Shown here: in pieces, positions 22,603 to 31,623 of the stretch
Layout of the letters: every line of letters begins with the position of its first letter
Numbering within the stretch: the first letter of the stretch is position 1
Source of the DNA: Patescibacteria group bacterium
Lineage (GTDB): Bacteria; Patescibacteriota; Minisyncoccia; Phycocordibacterales; UBA1550
NCBI GenBank assembly: GCA_038062675.1
Contig: JBBTWP010000001.1
Span: 48,920 to 112,919 of the forward strand
Direction of reading: 5' to 3'
Length of the DNA stretch: 64,000 nt
The notes under the pieces: model-generated
Database searches by the model: none
What the model was told of the DNA's origin: nothing
The model's input: only the letters and a program-made list of their open reading frames with translations
Made by a program: the position numbers and the translations under genes

Positions 22603-23583
22603 ATGGAAACTACACAAAACATTTCAAAACCAAAGACGACACCCAAAGATTTTTTTCTTCATTTAGGGGGAGTTGTATTTTTGTATATCAGCGTTGTCAG
22701 CCTTTTAATTCTCTTGTTCAGTATTATTGACCAAGTGTTCCCTAATGAACTTTTTTCCGTTGATCCCTATGCGGGAGGAGTGAGTGTTGCTATGGCGATG
22801 CTTATGGTTGCATTTCCGCTTTGCGTGCTTTTTTTGCGGGCAGTAGTTAGAGCGGAGCGAGAGGACCCTGCGCGCCGCGAGGTTTGGATCCGTAAGGCAT
22901 TTTTGTACTGCACACTTTTTGTTGTCGTGGTTGCTGTTGCCATTGACCTCATTGTGCTCCTCAGTAGTTTTTTTGGTGGAGAAGAAATCACGTTGGGTTT
23001 TGTGCTTAAAGTTCTTTCAATTATTGTTGTGCTCGGCGTAGTCGCTGGCTACTATATTTACGATCTTCGTCAGGGAGAGACTGAAAATGGTGCTCGTATG
23101 CGTATGCGCTATGCGTATGCAGGAGGAGTCTTTATCCTACTGGCGATTTCTTTGGGTTTCTGGGTGATGGGTTCACCCTATACGCAGAGGGAAAAACGTT
23201 TTGACGCAGAGCGTGTACGTAATCTTGAGCAGATTCAGTATTTTGTTTTGAATTATTGGCAAATGAAAGGAAAACTCCCAACAGTACTTAGCGAGATCAA
23301 GGATAATCTTTCAGATACAGTAGCTTTGCTTGACCCTAAGAGCAAGATTCCATATGAGTACATAATGACAGGAAAGCTCTCATTTCAACTTTGTGCAACA
23401 TTTAGCAAAGAGGCGTTAAGGAAAGATATGCTGGGTGCACAGCAACCTGTTATGTATAAAAGTGTCGCAATAAGTGAAAATTGGCAACACGCCGCAGGAA
23501 GGGTGTGCTTTGACCGCACGATTGATCCCGAACTTCACCCTTCGCGAAAAGATTTAATCATGACGGAGCCGGTAATGCGATAG
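22603..23583 (+). CDS. hypothetical membrane protein (5-6 TM plus C-terminal soluble domain)
   Basis: Hydrophobicity pattern; no catalytic motif. Confidence 0.45.
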   Translation: METTQNISKPKTTPKDFFLHLGGVVFLYISVVSLLILLFSIIDQVFPNELFSVDPYAGGVSVAMAMLMVAFPLCVLFLRAVVRAEREDPARREVWIRKAFLYCTLFVVVVAVAIDLIVLLSSFFGGEEITLGFVLKVLSIIVVLGVVAGYYIYDLRQGETENGARMRMRYAYAGGVFILLAISLGFWVMGSPYTQREKRFDAERVRNLEQIQYFVLNYWQMKGKLPTVLSEIKDNLSDTVALLDPKSKIPYEYIMTGKLSFQLCATFSKEALRKDMLGAQQPVMYKSVAISENWQHAAGRVCFDRTIDPELHPSRKDLIMTEPVMR

Positions 23584-23598
23584 TAGTTTTTTAGAGCA

Positions 23599-23638
23599 AC
23601 CAAACTCGCGCTCTTTTGAAGAAGGGCGCGAGTTTGGT
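23599..23638 (+). promoter_or_regulatory. 13-bp inverted repeat overlapping the leuS promoter region
   Basis: accaaactcgcgc...gcgcgagtttggt, immediately followed by the extended -10 TGGTATAAT at 23635-23643. Confidence 0.4.
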
Positions 23639-23652
23639 ATAATGTACTCTAC

Positions 23653-26106
23653 ATGACCCCCTACGACCACAAAACAATAGAAAAGAAGTGGCAGGCCGCA
23701 TGGGAAGCGAAACAGCTCTATCACACGAAGAGCGACTCTCTAAAGCCGAAAGCATACGTACTCGACATGTTCCCGTATCCGTCGGGAGACGGGCTCCATG
23801 TTGGACATCCAAAGGGGTACATTGCAACCGATATTTACTCGCGCATGAAGACTATGCAAGGGTACAATGTGCTTCACCCGATGGGGTGGGATGCGTTTGG
23901 CTTGCCCGCTGAACAATATGCTATTAAAAACAAAGTGCATCCCCGTGTGGCAGTCGACAAAAATGTTGCGCGGTATAAGGAGCAACTTTCGGTAATTGGT
24001 TTTAATTATGATTGGACACGCGAACTCAACACAACCGACCCAGCATTTTATAAATGGACGCAGTGGATCTTTTTGAAAATGTTTGAAAAGGGGCTTGCGT
24101 ATGAATCCTATGAGCCTATTAATTGGTGCCCAACGTGCCAAACGGGGCTTGCGAACGAAGACCTTGATGGTTGCAACTGCGAGCGTTGCGATACGCTGGT
24201 GGTAAAAAAACCAATGCGTCAGTGGGTGCTTCGTATTACAGATTATGCCGATCGTTTACTTGCGGATATTGATGCGCTTAATTGGCCTGTGTCGATAAAA
24301 GAATCTCAAAAGAATTGGATAGGGCGAAGCGAGGGTGCAGAGATTGATTTTGTTGTCGAGGGAAGTGAGAAAAAAATCACCGTGTTCACGACACGCCCCG
24401 ATACGCTCTTTGGGGCGACGTATGTGGTGCTTGCGCCCGAGAGCAAAATTTTGGAAGACCTTAAACAACAAATCCTAAACGGGAACGAAGTTTCTCTGTA
24501 TTGCGAGAGTGCAGGAAAACAAAGCGAGATTGAGCGAACGACCGTGGGGCGAGAGAAGACCGGCGTACGCCTCGATGGAGTGATGGCGATAAATCCGGCA
24601 AACAATGAGAAGCTTCCGGTTTTTGTTGCAGATTATGTTTTAGGGCATTATGGTACGGGTGCTGTGATGGCAGTGCCAGCGCATGATGAGCGGGATTTTG
24701 AGTTTGCGAGAAAGTTTGGACTACGAAACAGAAAGGTTGTGTTTCCGAATCCTCTCGTCAGTGTCCCGAGGAATGCGAAGGATATTGCCATGGGGGTTGT
24801 TGGTGAGTTGCGTGTGGTCACTGAGTGTTTTATGGGAAGTGGTGAGATGGTAAATTCGGATCGTTTTACGGGATTTTTTAATGAAGACGCAAAAAAGCCA
24901 ATCACTGATTTTGTTAAAGGGCGCTGGGTTACGAAATATCGCCTCAAGGATTGGGTCTTTTCGCGTCAACGATATTGGGGAGAACCAATCCCACTCATAC
25001 ACTGCGAGAAGTGTGGCGTAGTTCCTGTGCCCGAAAAAGATTTACCGGTTATACTTCCCAATGTGGAATCCTATGCACCGACAGGGACAGGGGAATCACC
25101 CCTCGCGGATATTTCTGAATGGGTGAACACAACATGTCCAAAGTGTAGTGGGAAAGGGAAGCGTGAGACCAACACTATGCCACAGTGGGCGGGTTCATCG
25201 TGGTACTATTTGCGCTATATTGATCCGAAAAATACCGAGATGCTCGTCGACAAAAAACAAGAAGCATATTGGTCGCCCGTGGATATGTATGTGGGTGGCG
25301 CCGAGCATGCAACGCGTCATCTCATCTACGCGCGTTTCTACCACAAGTTTCTCTACGATATTGGTGTTGTGAATTACGAGGAGCCGTTTAAGCGTCTTCA
25401 AAATGTCGGACTCATTATGGCGGAAGACGGACGCAAAATGAGCAAGCGATGGGGGAATGTGGTAAATCCAGATGATATTGTGGCAACCTATGGTGCTGAC
25501 ACCCTTCGCCTTTATGAAATGTTTATGGGGCCGTTTGGGCAGTCGGTAGTGTGGAGCACAGAGTCTATTATTGGCCCTCGCCGATTCATTGAGCGGGTGT
25601 GGCGACTTGCGGATAATGTGAAAGAGGGAGAAGGTGATGCCAAGCTTGAAGCGGTGCTTCATAAAACAATTAAAAAAGTGGGTGATGATATTGAATCATT
25701 TGGCTTCAATACGGCAATTTCGGCGCTTATGATTTTGGTAAATGAAATGGAAAAAGCGACGCAGGTTTCGCGCGTGCACTACGAAACCTTGCTCCGACTT
25801 TTGGCGCCATTTGCTCCCCATGTCGCTGAAGAACTGTGGTCACATGTTGGCAATGTCGAGTCGATTCATCTTGAATCTTGGCCAGTGTTTGATGCGACAA
25901 AAACTGTTACAAGTCAGGTGGTTATTGCGATTCAAGTGAATGGAAAAGTACGCGACACCATGACGGTTCCTGTTGAAACAGGAGAAGTCTCCGCAAGCAC
26001 TATGGCGCAAGAACGTCCTACTGTAGCAAAATGGATTTTTGGAAAAAAAATAAAGAGGGTAATTTTTGTACCACAAAAACTTTTGAATATTGTGGTAGAG
26101 GAGTAA
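23653..26106 (+). CDS. leuS: leucyl-tRNA synthetase
   Basis: HVGHPKGY HIGH motif, KMSKRWGN KMSKS motif, CP1 editing domain. Confidence 0.95.
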   Translation: MTPYDHKTIEKKWQAAWEAKQLYHTKSDSLKPKAYVLDMFPYPSGDGLHVGHPKGYIATDIYSRMKTMQGYNVLHPMGWDAFGLPAEQYAIKNKVHPRVAVDKNVARYKEQLSVIGFNYDWTRELNTTDPAFYKWTQWIFLKMFEKGLAYESYEPINWCPTCQTGLANEDLDGCNCERCDTLVVKKPMRQWVLRITDYADRLLADIDALNWPVSIKESQKNWIGRSEGAEIDFVVEGSEKKITVFTTRPDTLFGATYVVLAPESKILEDLKQQILNGNEVSLYCESAGKQSEIERTTVGREKTGVRLDGVMAINPANNEKLPVFVADYVLGHYGTGAVMAVPAHDERDFEFARKFGLRNRKVVFPNPLVSVPRNAKDIAMGVVGELRVVTECFMGSGEMVNSDRFTGFFNEDAKKPITDFVKGRWVTKYRLKDWVFSRQRYWGEPIPLIHCEKCGVVPVPEKDLPVILPNVESYAPTGTGESPLADISEWVNTTCPKCSGKGKRETNTMPQWAGSSWYYLRYIDPKNTEMLVDKKQEAYWSPVDMYVGGAEHATRHLIYARFYHKFLYDIGVVNYEEPFKRLQNVGLIMAEDGRKMSKRWGNVVNPDDIVATYGADTLRLYEMFMGPFGQSVVWSTESIIGPRRFIERVWRLADNVKEGEGDAKLEAVLHKTIKKVGDDIESFGFNTAISALMILVNEMEKATQVSRVHYETLLRLLAPFAPHVAEELWSHVGNVESIHLESWPVFDATKTVTSQVVIAIQVNGKVRDTMTVPVETGEVSASTMAQERPTVAKWIFGKKIKRVIFVPQKLLNIVVEE

Positions 26107-26234
26107 CGCTCTACATCACGGAAGGTAGACAAAAATGCGTCTTTTTTGTAAAACGCTTGACTTCTTTCCCCTTTAATGATAAAAAGTAAGTATTATATCA
26201 GAAGGAAATTATTAAATAATCTTTGGTTATCTTT

Positions 26235-27263
26235 ATGTCAGCGATCACATTTAAGCCGAAACAAGTCGTAAAACGCCTCATGGCAATGCTGTCTCCTCGT
26301 GCTTTGGATGTTATTGTTAAACGCTATGGCTTAGGAGAAAGTGTGGATCGTATGACGTTGGAAGGGATTGGCGGTATTTACAATATTACTCGTGAGCGTG
26401 TGCGTCAGATCGAAAATTTTGCATTGACGACCATCAAAAAGTCGGATGCATTTAAAAAAGAAGCCGCTGTTTTCAAAGAGCTTCATGAGCTTATTATTAA
26501 AATGGGTGGCGTTGTTTGCGAAGAGGATTTTTTGATGCACGTTGCAAAAGATGCAAGTACGCAGAACCACCTTGCGCTACTCTTGGTTCTTGGTGATGAG
26601 TTTACGCGCGAGAAGGAAGATGAAAATTTTAGACACCGCTGGGTTGTTGATGATGCAACGTCTATGAAAGTGCACGACGCTTTAAAGGGTCTGTATTCAA
26701 GTCTTTCGAATGAAGATCTTGTGCCCGAGGGAGATATTGTGGGTGTTTTTTTAGGACACTTGAAAGAAGTTTCTGAAGAATACAAAAACGAGGAAATCAT
26801 TAAGCGATGGCTAGGACTTTCTAAGATGGTGGCAAAAAATCCATTGGGAGAGTGGGGTGTTGCGCACTCACCAAATGTAAACGCGCGGGGGATGCGCGAC
26901 TATGCGTATTTGATTATTCGCAAACATGGTTCGCCGATGCATTTTACAGAAGTTGCGAAAGCTATCACGGAAGTTTTTCATCGCAAGGCTCATGTTGCCA
27001 CTTGTCACAACGAACTCATTAAGGACAGTCGTTTTGTGTTGGTAGGACGGGGACTCTATGCGCTCTCTTCGTGGGGGTATGAGAAAGGTGTGGTAAAAGA
27101 TGTGGTTACGAAGATTTTAAAAAAGGAAGGACCACTTACCAAAAAAGAAATCATTGATCGTGTTTTGAAAGAGCGTTATGTAAAAGAGAATACGGTGTTT
27201 GTGAATTTACAGGATACGAAGTTTTTCAAAAAAACAAAAGAAGGAAAGTACGCCTTGATATAA
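26235..27263 (+). CDS. sigma-70 region-4-like HTH domain protein
   Basis: LEGIGGIYNITRERVRQIENFALTTIKK matches a sigma70 region-4 HTH; remainder uncharacterised. Confidence 0.55.
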   Translation: MSAITFKPKQVVKRLMAMLSPRALDVIVKRYGLGESVDRMTLEGIGGIYNITRERVRQIENFALTTIKKSDAFKKEAAVFKELHELIIKMGGVVCEEDFLMHVAKDASTQNHLALLLVLGDEFTREKEDENFRHRWVVDDATSMKVHDALKGLYSSLSNEDLVPEGDIVGVFLGHLKEVSEEYKNEEIIKRWLGLSKMVAKNPLGEWGVAHSPNVNARGMRDYAYLIIRKHGSPMHFTEVAKAITEVFHRKAHVATCHNELIKDSRFVLVGRGLYALSSWGYEKGVVKDVVTKILKKEGPLTKKEIIDRVLKERYVKENTVFVNLQDTKFFKKTKEGKYALI

Positions 27264-27271
27264 CAAGGGTT

Positions 27272-27310
27272 AAAAAAGGGTGCGGAAGGCGAAGCCTTCC
27301 GCACCCTTTT
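27272..27310. terminator. bidirectional rho-independent terminator
   Basis: aaaaagggtgcggaaggc-gaa-gccttccgcaccctttt perfect palindrome with flanking A and T runs. Confidence 0.85.
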
Positions 27311-27330
27311 GCGTTCTCCACTTTTGCGGT

Positions 27331-28626
27331 ATGATAGAAGATATGGAATTTCTTCAAATGTTGGGCTTCCAAGAGCTCTATAACCAAACCCTTTCAATTC
27401 TCGTACCCTTTTTCAAGGCATTCCCTTATTGGGGCCCACTTTTTGTCGCAGGATTCTTTTGGAAAAAATGGAAAGAATATACTCAAGAGCGCTGGATTTC
27501 GGGAATGAAGTGGATCATGCTTGAAATAAAGCTTCCAAAAGAAATTCATAAATCACCCGTGGCGACAGAGTTGTTTTTAAATGCACTCTATCAGACGAGT
27601 CAGGGAAAATGGCTTGATCATGTTTGGAAAGGCCGTGTACGCGATTGGTTTTCACTCGAGATGGTTTCTTTGGAGGGACAGATTAAGTTTTTTATTCGTA
27701 CAACCGAAATTTACAAAAATGTCATCGAAGCTCAGCTTTATGCACAGTATCCTGAAATTGAAATCTATGAAGTTCCTGACTATACACGCTATGTGAATTA
27801 TAAGGGAAAGGAGGGAGACTGGGAGATGATCGGTATAGATTTTAAACTTACGAAAAAGGATTTCTATCCCATAAAAACATACATTGATTACGGTCTTGAT
27901 AAAGAGGGGATAAAAGAGGAGTTTAAGATTGACCCTCTGACGTCGATCATTGAATATCTCGGTTCGGCAGGAAAAGGTGAGCAGATTTGGATTCAGATTC
28001 TGGTGCAGGCGGCACAAAAGCGCCATAAACTCAAAACAGATTTTGAAAAAAAGAAAGCGGGTGAAATGGGCGACTGGAAAGATGAGGCAAGGGAGTGGAT
28101 AGACGAGCGTACAAAACGGAATGAGAAGCCTGAAGAAGGAAAGGCGCCTGCTTTTAAAATGTTGATGATGACAAAAGGAGACACTGAAATAGTTGCCGCC
28201 GTTGAGCGCAGCATGGGTAAGTTTGGGTTTGATTGTGGCATTCGGGCGCTCTATCTTTCCAAAAAAGACAAGTTTAATCCAAGCAACATTCGCGCATTGC
28301 CGGGACTTTTCCGTGCGTTTACGACAAGCAATCTCAATGGGTTTGAAATTAAGCACAACAGTATCGGCTTCGATTATTTTTGGCAAGATTACAATAAAAT
28401 TCGTATTACCAAAAAACGTAAAGAGCAATTTGAAGCGTACAAGCATCGCTCATGGTTTTATGGCGGGCATAGCTTGCTTCATGGCGATGAAAAAGAAAAG
28501 CCATTTGTGTTGACCACAGAAGAGTTGGCAACCATTTTCCACTTTCCGGGGGGAGTTGCTCAGACACCAACCTTTGGTCGTATTCCTTCACGCAAAGCCG
28601 AAGCACCTATCAATCTTCCTATTTAA
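27331..28626 (+). CDS. hypothetical protein with N-terminal TM segment
   Basis: Start placed after the terminator (MIEDMEF...); lysine-rich central region; conserved-looking C-terminus TEELATIFHFPGG. Confidence 0.45.
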   Translation: MIEDMEFLQMLGFQELYNQTLSILVPFFKAFPYWGPLFVAGFFWKKWKEYTQERWISGMKWIMLEIKLPKEIHKSPVATELFLNALYQTSQGKWLDHVWKGRVRDWFSLEMVSLEGQIKFFIRTTEIYKNVIEAQLYAQYPEIEIYEVPDYTRYVNYKGKEGDWEMIGIDFKLTKKDFYPIKTYIDYGLDKEGIKEEFKIDPLTSIIEYLGSAGKGEQIWIQILVQAAQKRHKLKTDFEKKKAGEMGDWKDEAREWIDERTKRNEKPEEGKAPAFKMLMMTKGDTEIVAAVERSMGKFGFDCGIRALYLSKKDKFNPSNIRALPGLFRAFTTSNLNGFEIKHNSIGFDYFWQDYNKIRITKKRKEQFEAYKHRSWFYGGHSLLHGDEKEKPFVLTTEELATIFHFPGGVAQTPTFGRIPSRKAEAPINLPI

Positions 28627-28807
28627 AGAAGTGTTCAGACTAGAATTTAGCATGGACGCTTGCGTTTAATGTCTTTGTGTGTTAGGGTCTATTTTAGATT
28701 GTTCCTTCAATCTCGCGGGTACCGAACCGTACTTGAAAGTGTTTACACACAACGGGACGAGCTAGGTAGTGTATTTTAAGCTCGTTTTTGAACAGGAGGA
28801 AAGTGTT

Positions 28808-29323
28808 ATGGCAAGTGAAGAGGAAAAGTACTACAAGCGGCAAAATGAGCGGGATGCCGAGATAGATGCGCACAATGCTGAGGTGAGGCGGGACCACGAG
28901 CGGTGGGAAAAAGAGAACGCCGAGCGAGAAGAACGAAATGAAAGAGACGCAAATTCAGAATATGGAAGTTCTGATCGCGTTATCTGCACTCACTTCTATA
29001 GAAAAGGTATGCTGGCACGAGAAGTTTGGCGCGCAGATATGACATTTACCGCCAAACATCTTTCGGAGACAACAGTTCGCGGATATCACTTCTGGGCAAT
29101 TCCGTACGTTCAATTGATGCGCAAAAATTCTTTTGCTGAACGCATCATGTTTCCTCTTGCAAAGTGGCGGGCTGAGGAGTTGGGGTATCAAATGGGTGTA
29201 CTTCCGCGTAGTAACTTTAAAGGGAAGGCGGTGCGCTTGATTTTGGAGCCTTTTTGTTGGACGCTCGGTTGTTTTGTGGATCAAAAGGACTGGCGGGTGC
29301 TTGAAGAGGCGAATAAGACCTGA
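28808..29323 (+). CDS. hypothetical protein (charged N-terminus plus W/Y-rich C-domain)
   Basis: AGGAGG RBS before MASEEEKYY. Confidence 0.4.
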   Translation: MASEEEKYYKRQNERDAEIDAHNAEVRRDHERWEKENAEREERNERDANSEYGSSDRVICTHFYRKGMLAREVWRADMTFTAKHLSETTVRGYHFWAIPYVQLMRKNSFAERIMFPLAKWRAEELGYQMGVLPRSNFKGKAVRLILEPFCWTLGCFVDQKDWRVLEEANKT

Positions 29324-29347
29324 CCTTGAGAGATTTTTAGTTAATCT

Positions 29348-29386
29348 AATCGCGTAGACTTTATAGGGTTTACGCGATTTTTTTGT
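29348..29386 (+). terminator. rho-independent terminator
   Basis: aatcgcgta...tacgcgatt stem plus T8. Confidence 0.75.
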
Positions 29387-29415
29387 TTGTGTTGCTGATG
29401 GTGTATAATTTCTTT

Positions 29416-30447
29416 ATGGATCACTTTAGCAATAGGCAATCATATCTTCATCGCGAAGAGCAGGCAGGAAATGCCTTTCAAATTTCTCCAGAGAGTGCTG
29501 AAAAAAATGTGTTCAAAAAAATTCTTTTGGGTATGTCCTTTGTGATTATTTTCGGTGCTTCAATTTCTTTTTTGTGGTCACCACCGTCTGAATTCCCCGA
29601 AAATAAAATTTTTGAAATAAAACACGGTATGACTTTGGGGGAAATTTCTGCTTTTTTGAAAGAAGAACATGTCATTCGTTCGCGTTTTGCATTTGAGTTT
29701 TGTGTCATCTCGTTTCGAGGAGACCGAGGCGCTCTCTCTGGAAACTATCTTTTCAAAGAACCTCTTGGGGCTTGCATGGTTGCCCAAAGAATTGTAAAAG
29801 GTATCTCAGGTATTCCTGCGGTGCGTATTACTATCCCTGAGGGCTCCTCAGTGAAGGAGATTGCGCAGATTCTTGCAAAAAACATGCCAGAATTCGATAC
29901 CGCTCATTTTCTGACTCTCGCAGAAAAGAAGGAAGGATATTTGTTCCCCGATACATATTTCTTTAAAGGAGACACAAGTCCTGAGAAGGTGCTCGAGACA
30001 TTTTTGGAAAATTTTGAGAAGAAATTTAACACCTTAACAAAAATGATTGAACGGTCGGGCAATCGGAATGATTTGGTAATTATGGCATCGATTATCGAAA
30101 AAGAAGCAAGAACGCCTAAGGATCAAGAGATTGTTTCTGGGATTTTATGGAAACGTATTGACATTAAGATGCCTCTTCAGGTTGACGCGCCATTCTATTA
30201 CTTGCTTGGCAAGGAGTCGTCAGAGATCACTCAAAAAGATTTATACATGAAGTCACCCTATAACACCTATCGCAACTTGGGATTACCAATAGCTCCCATT
30301 AGTAATCCAGGGTACACTGCACTACTTGCTGCTGCAGTTCCTCAAGAGTCGCCCTACCTCTTTTATCTTTCGGACAAAGAAGGAATTATTCACTATGCAA
30401 AAAACTTTGAGGAGCACAAGAAAAACAAAGCAAAATATTTGAAGTAA
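29416..30447 (+). CDS. mltG: endolytic murein transglycosylase MltG (YceG family)
   Basis: N-terminal TM anchor; YceG motif IEKEARTPKDQEIVSGILWKRIDIKMPLQVD; extended -10 TGGTGTATAAT at 29397. Confidence 0.8.
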   Translation: MDHFSNRQSYLHREEQAGNAFQISPESAEKNVFKKILLGMSFVIIFGASISFLWSPPSEFPENKIFEIKHGMTLGEISAFLKEEHVIRSRFAFEFCVISFRGDRGALSGNYLFKEPLGACMVAQRIVKGISGIPAVRITIPEGSSVKEIAQILAKNMPEFDTAHFLTLAEKKEGYLFPDTYFFKGDTSPEKVLETFLENFEKKFNTLTKMIERSGNRNDLVIMASIIEKEARTPKDQEIVSGILWKRIDIKMPLQVDAPFYYLLGKESSEITQKDLYMKSPYNTYRNLGLPIAPISNPGYTALLAAAVPQESPYLFYLSDKEGIIHYAKNFEEHKKNKAKYLK

Positions 30448-30500
30448 TAAATCAATATTTTTGACGTTATTGTACGTTTTTGCTATACAGAAGAGGTTAT

Positions 30501-31598
30501 ATGCCAAATAAAAAATCAACAACTTTAAAAAAACGTGTCTTCGTCGCCATGTCAGGGGGTGTAGACAGTTCCGTTGTTGCCGCGCTCTTGGTGAAAGAAG
30601 GGTACGCTGTCACCGGCGTTTTTATGAAAGTGTGGGAGCCTGATTTCTTGCCGTGCACATGGCGAGAAGAGCGACAGGATGCGATGCGTGTTGCCGCGCA
30701 TCTAGGGATACCACTTCTTACGTGGGATTTTGAACGCGAGTACAAAGAGGGTGTTGCCGACTACATGATTCGCGAGTACAAGGCAGGAAGGACCCCCAAT
30801 CCCGACGTGATGTGTAATAAGGAGGTAAAATTCGGTGCGTTTTTCCGTCGGGCTATCGCCATGGGGGCGGACTATGTTGCGACTGGTCATTATGCAAGAA
30901 TTGCGTTTGATCAACAGGAGGGCGTCTGTCGAATGTTTGCCGGAGTTGATGAGACAAAAGATCAGTCATATTTTTTGTGGACACTCGGGCAGGAAGAACT
31001 CAAAAAAACACTTTTCCCTATTGGGGAGTATAAAAAAATGAAAGTGCGGGCAATGGCAAAAAAGTTTGCATTGCCGACGGCAGAAAAAAAAGATAGCCAA
31101 GGGCTTTGCTTTGTGGGCAAGCTCGACATGAAAGATTTTCTTCTCCATTTTATGGAGAAAAAAGAAGGGGTGGTGGTGAATCAGGAAGGGGAACAGATCG
31201 GAACTCATCAAGGTGCATACTTTTATACACTCGGCGAGCGTCGCGGTTTTACGATTACAAAAAAAACGACTACCGAAACTCCTTACTACATTATTGCAAA
31301 AGATCTCGTTCAAAATACTTTGACCGTAGCACATAAAACGTCTGCGAAATCTTTGGAACAAGGAACAAAAGAAATACGAATCGCACAGATGAATGTGTGC
31401 GTAGGGGGTGTTTTCGATACTGAAAAAACCTATACAGCACGAATTCGCTATCATGGAGAGGCTCATGTCTGCAAAGCGCATAACCTGAATGGCACGTCTG
31501 CTATTTTGGAGTTTGAGAAACCTGTCCTTGTTGCTTCAGGGCAGTCTGTGGTGCTTTACGACAACGATGAGTGTGTGGGGGGTGGTATTGTGGAGTAA
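30501..31598 (+). CDS. mnmA: tRNA 2-thiouridine(34) synthase MnmA
   Basis: PP-loop VFVAMSGGVDSSV; catalytic cysteines. Confidence 0.9.
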   Translation: MPNKKSTTLKKRVFVAMSGGVDSSVVAALLVKEGYAVTGVFMKVWEPDFLPCTWREERQDAMRVAAHLGIPLLTWDFEREYKEGVADYMIREYKAGRTPNPDVMCNKEVKFGAFFRRAIAMGADYVATGHYARIAFDQQEGVCRMFAGVDETKDQSYFLWTLGQEELKKTLFPIGEYKKMKVRAMAKKFALPTAEKKDSQGLCFVGKLDMKDFLLHFMEKKEGVVVNQEGEQIGTHQGAYFYTLGERRGFTITKKTTTETPYYIIAKDLVQNTLTVAHKTSAKSLEQGTKEIRIAQMNVCVGGVFDTEKTYTARIRYHGEAHVCKAHNLNGTSAILEFEKPVLVASGQSVVLYDNDECVGGGIVE

Positions 31599-31623
31599 TG
31601 TCTCATTTGAAAGACTTCTTGCA

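Noticed and set aside
27331-28626. Type IV secretion coupling protein or FtsK-like ATPase call for the 431-aa TM protein
   Set aside because: No Walker A/B motifs (GSAGKGE is not G-x4-GK[ST]). It is kept as hypothetical.
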